Of a stretch of DNA of 64,000 bases, positions 32,901-46,800 are shown piece after piece (positions within the stretch are counted from its first letter, which is position 1; the number at the start of each line of letters is the position of its first letter). Below the pieces are notes generated by a model, which was given only the letters and a program-made list of their open reading frames with translations, had not been told where the DNA came from and did no database searches. The stretch lies in assembly GCF_902459465.1 (NCBI RefSeq), contig NC_047078.1:5642001-5706000 (forward strand). Reading direction: 5' to 3'. The translations under genes and the position numbers were made by a program. Origin of the DNA: Asterias rubens. Taxonomy: Eukaryota.

Positions 32901-35900
32901 TGTCTTATAAGAACAGATGCAAGGTCGCGTGTCACGCCCATGAGTTAACACTTTTTACCGGTCATAAACAAAGGTTTATACACACCCACGTGACGCGCTC
33001 TCCACCAATAGGAATAGCGAAACTGTCTGAGGTGCTTATGAATATATGTGTTTTAAAAACACTGTTTTGTACACAGGTAAAAATTCAGTTGTCATTCATA
33101 CCTTTGACCTTTACCATTGTAGACCTGGGCCCAATTTCATAGGCCGCTTTAATTTAAAGCATAAAAATAAGCCAAGCATTTGATATGCTATAAACCTGAA
33201 GAAGGCTGCTAGCCAAAATGCAATCTAAGCAGTCAGCATTTTTTTTTAAGCATTAGTAGCTCTATGAAAAAGGACCCAGATGTGTTATTACTAGACCACA
33301 GATATTGCCCAGTAGCTAGTATTTCATCCTTTGTTTGTTCTATGGTTTATGACACAAAACGGCAGATGATAAAAACAAAGTTGTTTACACATTTCTGATG
33401 CAAATTTAACATCCAATAAAAATTTTAATTAAGTTCTACCCTTGGGTTTGGATCCTTGCTGTAGAACAGCCTGTGTATTGTTGTCTGCAGTTCTCAGAAA
33501 AAAGTAGTGAAGTGTTATCATTGCTGTAAAGGTTACTATTCAATTGGAATGTATTCCACTTTGTCACCAACAATAGACTAGAGACATGGGCCCATTTTCA
33601 TGGTTCTGCCTACCACAGAATAGACCGATCCATTAGGCTCCGCCCACGACGCACGTGTGAGCAAGAACACGTGAGCCTCTCCAATGCCTTTCTACACAAC
33701 TCTGCCGCGCGCGCCAAGCATACGCGCACGCATGTCGGACCTTCGTTGCGTTGTGATTGGTCAATACGTAATGGGGCGGAGCTTAATGGATCGGTCTATT
33801 CTGCACTTACGGCCCATAGAGCTACACGTATACGCTTTACAGGGGTACTGCAGAATTTTGCAGTTAGCACAACCATAAACTTGGACTCCACTGAATGTGT
33901 GTTAAATGTACCGTACGTGCTACATGTCGTGCAGTACACAAACATGCACTGTACACCAATGTGGATTTAGCAATGTATCACTCAAGTTTTGTGAAGAAGA
34001 AAAAAATACACAAAGGTAAATCACTCAGGTGGGATTTCTTCCCACAACCTTTTTTTTTGCTACAGCAGAATGTCTTAGCATGACTAGATGATTCCTGACC
34101 AAGTGATTAGTCGACGAGGTAAAAAGAAAACCACGCAATTTCAAGTGTTTCTTGTGTGGATAGTTATATTCTACTTTTAAAACATCTTTCTAATCATATG
34201 CATTTTATAACAAACGGTTACACACTCTTTTCAAAGACCAACTCGACTGATCCAAAGGCAACGTGTTCCTTTAAGCACTGAGATGCAAAATTAAATCTTC
34301 CTTTTTTTTTCGTTCGGTTTCCATTTTATTTGCCCAACACACAAAAAAAACACAATAAACCTGATTGTGAAAAGTTTGTAAGAGCCTACACAATGTGTAG
34401 AGATTTTATACTTGATTGTTCCCATTCTGCCTTCCAAGGACCAATATTATTATCATGCGTGTGAAAATCACTATTCATATTTTTGTCAAGAGAAAATAGG
34501 AGTTGCATAGACTTGTCAACAAGCTGTGCATGCCTGACTGCATTTTAAGAATAAACTAAAGCTATGTTATAATTCAAATCAATAATACTATTTAGGCTAC
34601 ACTCAATTGTGGAGAATTATGCAGTTTGTATTGTGAGTCATGCGGTGCATATTCAGTGGTTAGTTTCAAAGGCATTGAAGGGTTGTACAAAATGGGGCCG
34701 TCTGCTACTCTCACAATTTATATTTTTAGCTTATTGGGGACTTCCTCTTTTTCTACAGATTAAAGGAAAATTTTAAGGAATAAAAAAACACTGTCAGTGC
34801 CTTCTTTCTAGGGGGAACGATTCTCGAGACTGCAGGGCTTGTACAATGTAGCTCAAAACTTTTGCTGGACCCAATTAAACTGGTTTTATATGAACCTACT
34901 AACATGTATGGGTATCGTCGTCGTCGTCCTATGAGTCATGGCTGACCCTTTGTGACCCTGTTTATGATGTAGTTCCACTTCTGTCTATCCAGTGCAGATC
35001 AATAAGCAACGTTTATTGATAAGCCCGTGAGTTCTTTGATTCCGTCTGTCCAACGAAGTTTTTGACGGCCACGTCGGCGACTACCTGCTACACATCCTTG
35101 CATAAAGATCTTCTCAAGGTTGTCCCCCTCTCTTCTGGATATGTGACCAAAGTACTGAAGCTTGTTTTTGTTAATTTTTGAGGACAAGGTGGGTCTATCT
35201 TCTCCTATCAGGTTTCTAACAAAAACATTGGTCTTGTGCTCTTGCCATGATATTCTCAGCATTCTCCTCCAGCACCACATCTCAAAAGCGTTGATCCTGT
35301 TCCTGTCTGCTTTACCCACAGCCCACGTTTCAGACCCATAGGTGGCTATTGGGAAGACGAGAGCATTCATGAGTCGAATTTTGGTAGTTCTGGAGATCCC
35401 TCTGTCCTTCCAGATGTCAGTCAAGGAGATAGCTGATGTTCTTGCCATAGCAAGGCGCCTTCTGATGTCCTTAGAACTTCCACCTTCGTTGACGATCAAA
35501 GAGCCCAGAAAATTGAAGTTATTAACTACTTCAATATCCCCATCATCAGCGTGCAATGCCAGGTTTTGATCAAGAGTTCCTCCGTAAATCATCGCTTTTG
35601 TCTTCTTTACATTGAGAAACAACCCATAATCTTCGCTGGTGTACTTGACTTTAACAATCAGGTGTTGAAGTTCTGCTGCTGTTCTTGCTATCAAGGTGGT
35701 GTCATCTGCATATAGATTGGTGAGTTGCCGACCTCCAATTGAGACCCCTCCTGCAAAGCCATCCAAGGCTTTCCGCATAATGTATTCAGCGTAAATGTTG
35801 AACAGAAAGGGTGAAAGTATGCTTCCTTGACGGACTCCTTGACCAATTGAGAACCAACCACTGTCTCCACACTCAGTTCTTACGGTGGCTTCTTGTCCTT

Positions 35901-38900
35901 GGTACAGTGCTCTGATTAGTTCAGTCAGATGTGTTGAGAATCCCATCTTTCTCATGATGTTCCATAGCTTCTGATGTTGGACGCAATCAAATGCCTTTGA
36001 ATAATCTATGAAACAGAGGAACAATGGCTGGCGAAACTCCTGATATTTTTCTATCAGATTTCGCAGATTTCCAATCTGATTGCGTGTTCCTCTCCCTCTC
36101 CGAAATCCAGCTTGCTCTGGTGGCAACTCACTCTCCAGTTTGTGTCTGATTCTCTCAGCGATTATGTGAAGCATCACCTTACTAGCATGTGAAATCAGTG
36201 AGATTGTGCGGTTGGTGGCACACTCCCTCGTATCCCCCTTTTTGGGTAATGGAAGAAAAACTTTTTTTCTTTTTTTTCCAGTCCTCTGGCCATTCTTTTA
36301 TCTTTGGGTATATATTTCATTAAAAAAAACTTGACTTAATTGTTCAAAGGATGTTTATCCAACTCAAAGTGAACATTTGAAATACATAATTATTATTATT
36401 ATTATTATTATCTCCTGACGATGACTAGAGCAAGCTAGTCGAAAGGTTGAGACCAAACCCAAGAACTGACTCCGCGGTAGTACAGTTAATTACGATCCTA
36501 TAAGCTAAAGTAGTAGTCCCAGCCTATTTCTATACCATCCGTCCAGGTAATAGTTAATAAGCAGGACAGTTCTTTTCAGAACTGAGAAGTCTCCCGAACA
36601 ATCTACTCCGCGGTAGTAGAATTAAGCAAGACAGTTATCTAAGAACAAACTCTACCTGGCAAGTAGACACACACTTGGTGTTACCGCAAACCAAATATAT
36701 ATTATGGGTTTATTAAAAAAATTCATACATGTACATCTCAGTCAAAGGCTGAATTGTGTTTAAAATACAATCAGAGTTTTATAAAATAAAAACATTTAAA
36801 AGGCCAGTAGATAAGAAATACAATTGTTCATAAATAAAAATTCAAACCATATAGCTTTGTGTTTTTTCCAAAAGTACCTAAATGTCTAGTTAAAAAATTA
36901 TGTTCTTCTTTTTTATTGAGTTATTTTTTGTTAATTGATTTGCAGCTGGTTGAAAAAGAGAATGTCAGAGGAGTAATTTCCATGAATGAAGACTACGAGC
37001 TGAAAAGATTTGTGACGACAAAAGAGGTTAGTTTAGTTTGGTTAAAGACACTGGACACCTTTGGTAATTGTCAAAGACCAGTCTTCTCACTTGGTGTATC
37101 TTAAAATATATGCACAAAATAACAAACCTGTGAAAATTTGAGCTCAATTGGTTGTCTAAGTTGGGAGATAATAATTGATGGAAAAAAAAGCCTTGTCACA
37201 TGAAGTTGTGTGCTTTCAGATGCTTGATTTCAGGACCTCAAAATCTGATTCTGAGGTCTCAAAATCTAATTCAAATATTTTAGTGGAAAATTACGTTACT
37301 TCAGAGGGAGCTGTTTCTCACAATGGTTTATACTATCAACAGCTCTCCATTTCTTATTAACAAGAAAGTTTCAATGCTAACAATGATTTTGTGATAATTA
37401 CCAAAAGTGTCCAGTGCCTTTAAATTTGTGAAGTTCTTAAAATGTCATATATATATATTAAAGGCATTATTCAGGATTAGTAGAGCCAACAGAATAGTCA
37501 CAGACAGGGTTCATGTTTTGTGTTATCAAATAACAAATTTTTGAAAATTTCAGCTTTATGCAATAACAATGGAAACAAATTCAGAAATAATATTACAATT
37601 TTAGAACTACTGCATCAGTTGGAGACTTTGGAACACTAGGTGGCAGCAGACTTACCAGTTAAATTTCCATTGTTAATGTAGTTCTGAGCATACGTGCACA
37701 TTACAGAGAACGATGGTTTTAACCTGGTAAGTGTGCAGCGTCCTAAAAGTCCACCATTAAGACCGGTTTGGTAGATCAAAAAAAAAATTCAATATTCAGC
37801 TTGACACAATGTCCTTACAAAACAGATGCAGTTTTTCTTGGATATTACTTCATTTCAAAGAAAATATTTTCCTAAGTTGATAATTTTTCCAGATAATCTT
37901 TCACTATCCACTTTTCTTGACAGATAGTGAGTGGGCCAAACTAGGTGCAAACCTTCTTCACTGGCCAAAAGGAATTTCTAAATCAATTATTCTGAATGGT
38001 CCAGGCCCCCATTCTAGGTGACCCCCATGGGTTCTAAATTGATAGTTTTTCGAAAAAATATTTCACTAATGTCCACTTTTCTTGACTGATAGGAGTGGGC
38101 CAAACTAGGTGCAAACCTTTTTCAGTTGAAAATAGGAATTTCTCAATCAAATAATCTAGTTTGTAATGGGCCCCTGCCCCATTCTAAGCTGATAGTTATT
38201 CAAGAAAATATGTCACTATAATTATCCACTTTTCTTGTCGTTAAGGAGTGGGCCAAACTTGGTGCCAACCTTCTTCAACTGCCGACAGTTGATTTCACCG
38301 AAGCGCCAAGCCTTGACTTCTTAGAGCAGGGCGTTAACTTCATCTTAGATCACGCTCAGAAGGAGGAATCTGTCTACGTTCATTGTAAGGCAGGACGGAC
38401 AAGGAGTGCTACACTGGTGGGATGTTATCTTATGCATGTAAGTTTAGAAATCGTCAATGTGGTTTGATAGTGGGGCAGTGAATGTGATGGGGAATCATGG
38501 TTGAAAATAGCCTGAACGGTTTGGTCAGAACAGCGGTTCAACCGAACACGCGAAAACGCTCGACCAATGACCAAAGCTCAAACATGTTTCTGGTTAGGGT
38601 CGCCAAAACGCGCTCCTGCATTCATGTGACCACGCCGACTCTTTTCAGAGCCAACACTCTTACAAAAGAGATTTAATACATGGTTGTACCCGCAAGTGTA
38701 CTATTTATTAGTTAATTCCATAAATGCATGTCATTTTAGAAACATCAATGTGGTTTGATTGAGGGGCAGTGACTGTCAGGGGGAATCATAGCTGAGAGTT
38801 GGTTGAAACTTGTTGGGCTCAATTTTACAAAGAGCTATCCTGAAAATAGGAGAGTATAGTGTGCAACGACTAGACCACCCTGGCTCTTTTCAGAGCCAAG

Positions 38901-40271
38901 ACTCCCCCCCCCCCCCAACATTGATCTTTACTGTATTTTTCAATGTTTTTAACCTGGTGTATTTAAATTCCTCTCTGCTGTATTCTTCAATCTGTTTAAC
39001 CTAATTAATGTGCATTATTGTACTTTTTATTCCCGAGAAATTAAATAAATATAAAATATAATACAGTGTATATAATAGAGATTTTGTACACTTGGTTACT
39101 ACCAGCAAGTTTACAAGTTAAAGGCAGTGGACACTATTGGTAATTAACTCAAAATAATTATTAGCATAAAACCTTACTTGGTAACAAGTAATGGGAATTG
39201 GTTGATAGTATAAAACATTGTGAGAAACAGCTCCCTCTGAAATGACATAGTTTTCGAGAAAGAAGTATTTTTCCACGAATTTGATTTCAAGACCTCAGAA
39301 TTAGAATTTGAGGTCTCGAAATCAATCATCTGAAAGCACACAACTTCACGTGACAAGGGTGTTTTTTTTTCTTTCATTATTATCTCGCAACTTCGTCGAC
39401 CGATTGAGCTCAAATTTTCACAGGTTTGTTATTTTATGCAATGTTGAGATACACCAAGTGAGACGACTGGTCTTTGACAATTACCAATAGTGTACAGTGT
39501 CTTTAAACAGGGCTCAAATTTGGGGTAAGACCTCTACGAGATGGTAGGGCTTATACCTCAAAATGTTTTGAATACTTGGTACTTCCGATCAATAATTTTG
39601 TTTGAGCAATATGGTGTAAGTCTAGTGAACAACTTTAGGTAGTGAATCTTTGTCGCTGAGCAGTCTAGTTTACATGGCTCTGCTTACCATTAGCACAGAA
39701 TCGTTGCTTACGGAAGCAGGGAATTCTCTGCTTACGGCAAGCATATTTCACGGGTTAGCGGCGAATTTTGGCTTTTGCGCGTGCGTACTCCGCATTTCTA
39801 GGGATTCTACGCTTACAAGGCTAGCACAGAAATTCGGCGCTTGCGCGTAAGCGGGGAATCGTGATCGTAAGGGCAGAATTTGGGGGTAAGCAGAGCCATG
39901 CAATTGGGCCCTGATGTTGTCAGAAGCAAAGTGTGTGTTCGAATCTCGGTCGTGACACTTTTTCCATTGAGGAAGGCACTTCACCAATAACTGCTTCACA
40001 AACAAATCGGAACGGTTGTACAGTTTACCAAGGCTTTGCCAAAGTAAAAAAAAAATGATCTGAATTTTACTCTCTTTTTTCAACTCTACAGGTCAAAAAG
40101 TGTACCCCACAAGAAGCGCAGAACTCTATCGAGAAGAAGCGGAGTCACATCATCATGAAGGACAAACATTTCAGAGCTATGTACAGGTATTATGACAAGC
40201 ATGTCAAAGGTCAGCGAGGTCATAGGAAAGAGCCAGGCCAAGAGGATGTGCAGCAAAACGACCTTTCTTAA
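29961..40271 (+). CDS. PTPMT1: Mitochondrial phosphatidylglycerophosphatase / protein-tyrosine phosphatase 1, 200 aa, 4 coding exons
   Basis: Exons 29961-30110, 36946-37026, 38246-38437, 40092-40271 (603 nt). [41 protein letters not shown] and catalytic motif [14 protein letters not shown]. Confidence 0.96.
30520..30800. mobile_element. Palindromic MITE centred on CGTCTCATGAGACG; partial copies at about 45050-45230 and 55530-55720
   Basis: Long internal inverted repeat, dispersed copies. Confidence 0.6.
32515..33052. mobile_element. Unclassified foldback element with 5' hairpin (32544-32661), structurally like 22054-22482
   Basis: Hairpin closed by a CCGAGACGAAGTCGAGG loop; shares the GTGACGCGCTCT..CCAAT block with the 22 kb copy. 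Confidence 0.6.
33620..33808. mobile_element. AT-flanked MITE with AGACCGATCC termini; second copy at about 11915-12110
   Basis: TIR AGACCGATCCATTAGGCTCCGCCC / GGGCGGAGCTTAATGGATCGGTCT; opposite-orientation copy in gkup intron 3. Confidence 0.7.
34915..36263 (-). mobile_element. 5'-truncated RTE-clade (BovB-like) LINE, reverse transcriptase region, in PTPMT1 intron 1
   Basis: ORF 34999-36177: [46 protein letters not shown]; upstream [10 protein letters not shown]; (GAC)n tail; TGA interrupts a frame that continues SALDRQKW. Confidence 0.93.
36411..36452 (+). ncRNA. Minimal type I hammerhead-ribozyme-like motif at the end of a dispersed repeat (about 36411-36690)
   Basis: TCTC-CTGACGA-T-GACTAG-AGCAAG-CTAGTC-GAAA-GGTT-GAGA: canonical CUGANGA and GAAA, 6-bp stem II, 4-bp stem I. 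Stem III tetranucleotide is mutated. Confidence 0.55.
37042..37423. mobile_element. Kolobok-like MITE family A, about 15 bp after the PTPMT1 exon 2 donor
   Basis: TTAA flanks, TIRs and family body. Confidence 0.85.
39118..39506. mobile_element. Kolobok-like MITE family A
   Basis: TTAA flanks, TIRs. Confidence 0.85.
39670..39912. mobile_element. MITE with CATGGCTCTGCTTACC TIR; second copy at 40801-41056, so the two bracket the last PTPMT1 exon
   Basis: Two ~250-bp direct copies, each with terminal inverted repeats. Confidence 0.7.
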
Positions 40272-43013
40272 TTGATTGGACAGGTGGTGGAGCTCAGTTT
40301 CTGTATGAGTGCATTTTTTTACGAAGACTCGGGAAAGCATTTCTTCATAATTAGAAGTTAGCGGCACAATTCTCACTTTTTAAAATGACAATACATGAGA
40401 TGAATTTTTTTTATTTTATCTTGAGGCGGCAAGGCCAATTTGTTTTGCAAAGGGCACTTTCATTGGGAAATCTTTAAAAAGCCTATGCAAAGCTATGGGA
40501 CAAATCTTAAAGGGCACCAAGGCAAGAGGCAACAGAGGTCGCCCTGGCCTATGTGTAACATCAGGCCTGGCCGCGCAAGCACATGCTTGCCGTCACTCCA
40601 AAAACCGTCACTCCTTTGGATGTTTTGGGATTTTATTTTGTATTCACTGACTTGGTTATTGCAATCAATCATAGGGTAGTGGGGGCGTGTTTGTTCTTTT
40701 ACAAATCCATTTAGCCAAAGAGAGGTTATATACCAAACAGTCTGGTGCCTTAGATACATGTACATGTACAATATTGTAATGAATAATGCACTCAAGGGAC
40801 CTAGGCCAAATTTCATGGCTCTGCTTACCGTAAGCACAGAATCGGCGCTTACGGAAGCAGGGAATTCTGTGCCTACGGCAAGCATATTATTATTATGTCA
40901 CGGGTAAGCGACGAATTTTGGCTTCTGCGCGTGCATACTCACTATTACTGGGTATTCTACGCTTACAAGGCTAGCGCAGAAATTCGGCGCTTGCGCGTAT
41001 ACGGGGAATTCTAAGGGCATAATTCGCCGCTAAGCAGAGCCATGAAATTGACCCCTGGTCCAATAGTCTGGTGCCTCTAGGGCTTCATGTGCAATAACAC
41101 TTACAGCCCTACAGTTCCTGTGTTTAGTTCCCAGTGTCGCTGGAAACTGAACACAGATTAGTCATAACCAGGGGCCAATTTTACAAAGCCATTAAGCAGA
41201 AATTACTGCTCAGCGAGTTTCTCTGCTGAGCAAAAATTAAAGTGGGGCACCATTCACAACAATGTAAACTTAATGTAATTTTTGCCGCTAACCCATTTCT
41301 GTTAAGCCATACTTTTCTGTGATTAGCAAGTTTATTGTGACAACAGGCTTTATAATTTTGAGCTGAGGGCCCCAAATTCAGAGTTGCATATAAGCACATG
41401 AAGTAGCTAAGCACAACAAAATTATGCTTAACAGATTAAGCTAATTAGCTGAAATACAATGTCGCATGTACAATTTGTGCCTGATATCCTGCTTATTATT
41501 GCTAAGCAGTAATTTTATAAGCAACATTTTCTGCTTAACAATCTCTATTGAATTGGGTTCTGATATTAAAAAAATGTATAAAGTTGGACTATACAAGCAT
41601 GTCATTTGTGGTGGAGGGTTTTTTAATTATATAATTAGTTCGCAATAATACTCTCTTAAAACCCTGTATGTAAAATAGTTGTTTGTATATATTTGCATTG
41701 TTACATCATTTAGGAAGAGACACAGTGGGAGCACTGGCTTAGTACATGTATAACGCGGCCCAGCGTGCGACCATTTTGTAAGTTTAATAATATATCTGGT
41801 AATTTCAAAATACAGCGCGTTTCAAATACAGCGCGTGCGTTAATCTTACAAAATGGCATGCGTGTCTCCTTGCGGTCTTGTTGTGTACACAGTACCACCA
41901 GATGCGCCCTCTAGTTTTTGTACCTCTATGGTTGTGGTTCAAGACATTTTCTATGAGGTGTTTGAATGATTTTGACAAGAAATGTGGTTAACCTCTGAAT
42001 GAGACAATTTTTTTCGTGAGATATTGGGAACTTGCCAATTTGTTATTCTTTATTAGATACAAGGAAAGAGTTAGACACTGTTGTTGTATGGGACTGTATC
42101 AGAAATAAAAAATGACACGCAAAAAGCTTAAAATTATTGTAGATGTCCTTGATGAATTAACTCCAAATCTCAAAAATCTTTCTATTAATGTTGGTTCGCA
42201 GTGCTGAAAGTTGAATAGTCAATTGTGTAATCAAGTGTTGACATAATTGTTTGGGGGAAAAAAACCGATTTTACTTCACTTTAACATAAATAATGACTCG
42301 AACTTAAATCTCGGAATACTTAAAAATAATTTGCAGTTAATGAGCAGATGACAGTCCAATGTCAAGAATGACCCACCCTAGTAAGTCTTGTACCTGGTGT
42401 TACTGTGTTGAACATTCGGTACATACTATTGAATTTTACTTAAAATCTGGCAGGGCAAAGCCTAACTATTAAAGTTGCATAAAACAAATTAATACAATAT
42501 GTTTTGTAGCATATTAAACCCATTTATATTTTTATAGAACAAGTATTCAAAAAAGATCTGTTATAAATACATGTATTTTAAATACTAACTACTAATTAGT
42601 GCAGGCGAACTATAATGTTAAAATTTGTATACATTTAACGATTTGCAAATATTTCCCATCTAGTTATTTTGATAAAAAAAGGTTGGCCTTATGTCGTGTT
42701 TAATGATATAGACCCGTAGCATAATGACATCACAACCCAAAACAGCGCCCTCACTGAGGTCAACGAAGACCTATTGATTGAGAGGTGTGCGATGTTTACA
42801 CACACACACACATTTCCTTTTTTTGTTTACAAAAGCGATTGTGATGCTAGGGGTCTTATATTTTTGATTTTTAATCCCATACATATAATATTTTGCAGGA
42901 GTTGTTGGATGTATATAAAAGTAAATATTCACTGTCTCAAGCAGGCCTGGAATTTCATCTTTGAAAGGGCAAGGCCATTTTCATTTTACAAAGGGCACTT
43001 TCATTGAAAAATC

Positions 43014-43317
43014 TTAAAGGAACAGGTTGCCTTGGATCAGTGATCCACACAAACATGCCTTGCAATTACACAGTTTTCCTTTTACGTCGCGAAGAATCAT
43101 GGTCGGCCATTTTGTGGAGTCAAAATTTTGACTCCATAAAATGTCCGACCGTGTTAGTTCAAGACATAAAAAGGAAATCCGTACAATTTTGAGTGATACA
43201 TTATATTGTGTGCATCATTATATTTTACTTTTAAAATATATTTCTAACCATTATGCATTTCATAACAAACAGTTTCAAAGACCAACTCGTCCGATCCAAG
43301 GCAACAAGTTCCTTTAA
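43014..43317. mobile_element. Kolobok-like MITE family B
   Basis: TIRs and TTAA flanks. Confidence 0.8.
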
Positions 43318-43856
43318 AGTCAATATGGGTAAACTTTTGGAGGTGCAACTAAGGCTTGAGTTAATGCCTGCTCAAGAATCAGATAAGTCCCATGTTTCGT
43401 CTTCCATGTAATGCCATGAAGAGTATTCAGTAGAATAGTCCTTATTGTTTTAGTATCAAAATAAAGAATAAAACTTGTTAATTTTTTGAGAAAACAACAT
43501 GATGGGTGTCGACAATTGTGTTTATTTTGTGGGGGTAAATAATTAGGGTTTATATTTTTATGTGAGATCGTCTCAGAGACATATAAAAGCATGTAATGTG
43601 TCCACAGTTAAAACAGAAAAGGTAAAATCTTTAATGCAATAATGTATACAAAAGGCGCGCCGTATTTCCACTCGGTTGGTGTTGCTAAGCAACAGCTACT
43701 GCTTGAAGTTGGTACCCGACCAGTCGTCCGTTTACGTGCTTCTATGCATTGTGTTTTGATACGCGAACCATCTATTGTTTTTTACACCAGAGATTCTTCA
43801 TTCAGCAAATAATAATAAACTCCGTCAATTAAGTTGTTTGACAAAACTGAGACAAG

Positions 43857-46800
43857 ATGAGTTTGTCTACATCCTACAGGTTTGAGGCCAACACAGCCAC
43901 AAATCAGAAGAGTTTACAGAAAACTCTGCAGCCACAAAAAGAACGAATAAAGGTAGGATCAGGAAAAAGTCAACGATAAAATGTGCAAATAAACACTTCC
44001 GGTTTACTTAATTTGCAATTATTATGATGATTTATGAATGTGAAATATTAAATAGTTCAAAACTAGTATAAACACTCAATTAATTATGATGTATGTTGTA
44101 CTGATGGATAATGTTATTGCTGATAAGTTTAGTTTAGTTTAGTTTAGTTCAGCTGCTATCTACACCTTTTTTTGCTTTAATTTAAATATCAAAAACGAAA
44201 AAGATGTCGGACACTTGGGTTCGTACCTTTGCCACTTCGTACCCTGGACACTTCGTACCTTCAGCAATGTACGGGACACTTCGTACCGTAACAAAATTTG
44301 TCACTTTGTACCGTGGGCGGGGTACGAAGTGACCATCAGCTGAGTCACTTCGTACCTTCATTAAAATGTGTATTCCTCAATAATTTAATGTTCGTTGAAA
44401 TAAAAATTAATAATACATAGGCCTAATGAATTATAATTTTTGTTTGAATATGTGATTTGTCATTTTTAATGTGAAATTAACATTTTGTATAAGTTAATTA
44501 CCGCCAAGGACAACATCTTCCGCCATAATTTTTTACAAATATTGTAAAGTCAAACAATCACGCAAGTTATCGTCAAAATGGCTCCTTGGTCTCCAAAGTG
44601 TCTCGTGAGAAGGTACGAAGTGACTCGTGAGAAGGTCTGAAGTGTCTTGTAAGAAGGAACGAAGTGTCCAAGGTACGGAGTGTCCAAAGTCACTTCGTAC
44701 CTTGAAAAGGTACAAAGTGTCCACGGTACGAAGTGGCAAAGGTACGAAGAGTGTCCTGACACCGACGAAAAGAGTAAAGATTTTACAAAGAAAACAGTAA
44801 AGTTTTAACAAGAAAAATATTACCAAACCATAACTGTCGATCATCAATTCAATTAACAACAATAACATGCTTTTAAAGATACAAAGATTGGTCACTACAC
44901 TTTTAAAGGGTTTTACTTTTGGTACCTTTTGTTGAGCATGTTTTTATTTTTGCCATGACATGAATCCCCACTCACTGTGTGAAAGTCACAGAGCAATGTT
45001 TTCACGTTCAGGAGAGTCGCATAAAATTCGCTGTAGGCCTACATTCTAAAATTTGTAAAAATGTATTATAATTTTCATCTCACTGAGACGAAAATTACTT
45101 TTGTAAAAAAAGAATTCTAATAAAAGCTTTGTACAGCAATACAGCACTTCAACAGGTTCAAGGCAAACTTTCTACCACCATTATCTTTAAAATTAAACTG
45201 TGTAAGTTTGTGGTAATCCGTTGTTTTATGTCCTACAAACAGTACTAGTACCGTAGCCTACCCAAAACCCTTTTAAAGAACAGCAGTAGTAATCAACAAT
45301 TTTAGTATAGTTTTAAAATATACAATGATCAACACACCTTTTTTATGTTTTTCCTACATACAGTATGATGAGCTAATGGCAACTCGAGAGTCAGTTGTTA
45401 AAGAGTAAGTCACATTATAATAACTAACTTGACATGCCCCGTTTGCCAGTTAGTTAATTTTAATTAAATTTAAGCATGGCTCATACCTATTGCCAATGTT
45501 TTGTGTGAAAGTGAATTTGTTGACGTCACAGCTTTGTTTTCGATGCGAATGTTTCGCAAGAGTTGAGACATGTACCTGAACTCTTCTAAATTGTTCATTG
45601 TGAATTTGTGACATTAAAATTTGTCCTTGAAAACCTGTGACATAAGATAATATTTGAGAAGAGATTTGAATGTTGTGGTACAAAGACAAGATCTACGATT
45701 AAGTGGTAGAGAGTTCCAGATGCGTGGCGCAGCTGAAGAACAAGACCTGTCACCCCATGAGTGTCGAGACTTGGGTTCAATGAGGAGAAGCATGGAACTT
45801 GATCAAAGATTTCTTGATGGAGTGTAAACTTGAAGAAGTTCAGAAATATAGTGGGGAGCCTTGCCATTAGGAGCTTTGTGGACAATGAGCATCAGCTTGA
45901 AGATGATTCGTTGAGAGATAGGGAGCCAGTGTAGTTGTTTCAGAATGGGGGAGATAGAACAGGATTTTCTAGACAGTGTCACAATGCGGTATTTTGGAGG
46001 CGTTGAAGACAGGAAATCTGGTTGTTCGGAAGACTGTAGGAAGAGCATTGCCGTTGTCAAGGCATGAAGTAACAACTGCATGAATGACCTTTTCAGTGGC
46101 ACTTGTCTAAGTACTTGCGAATCTTACTATTGTAAGAAATTTGACTCATGTTGGGAAACAACACATACATTGTTTTTAACCAGTTTTATTTTCTTATATT
46201 TCAGCGAGCTTGAACTCAATCAAAAAGCTTTATGGTCGGAGAATCTAGAAGAAGCCAGCGAGTTCCGAAGAGTGAAAGAACTAGCGGCTCAACTCAAAAG
46301 TGAAATCAAATTCGCCAGCAAAGGCTTGATTGAGGTAAGGGCTTTTATTTTGACATAAGAGCAAAAGTTTATGAAGCCAGGGGTCGATTTCACAAACAGT
46401 TAGGACTAGTCCTAAGAGATATCAAAAACGTACAGATAGTCCTAAGTTAGGACTAGTAACTTGCCCTAACTCGAGATGAGACTAGTCCTAACTCTTTGTG
46501 AAATCCATCCCTGTAAGCACAAAAACTTGCTTAGCACAGCAAAATATTGCTTAACAGAAATGGGCTATTAGCCTGAATCACATCAAGTTTGAATTGTTGT
46601 GACTGGTGTCCAACTCAATTTTGCTTACAAATGCAAAGACATTTTTTAAGCAGTAAAATTTTGTTCTGCTTTTAAAGGAACACGTTGCCTTGGATCGGAC
46701 GAGTTTGTCTATAACAAGCGTTTGTAACCATTTTTTATAAAATGCATATGGTTGGAAAGATGTTTTAAAAGTAGAATACAATGATCCACACAAATTTGCC

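Noticed and set aside
33188-33216. Further hammerhead-like remnants (CTGAAGAAGGC..GCCAAAA here; also about 58086-58112 and 62510-62550)
   Set aside because: Core positions (GAAA or CUGANGA) or stem II are broken; too degenerate to call.
37175-37360. Recurrent short ORFs such as [16 protein letters not shown] (also 8071, 39174, 53064, 56176)
   Set aside because: They recur because they lie within copies of the same non-coding MITE; frames and stops are not conserved between copies.
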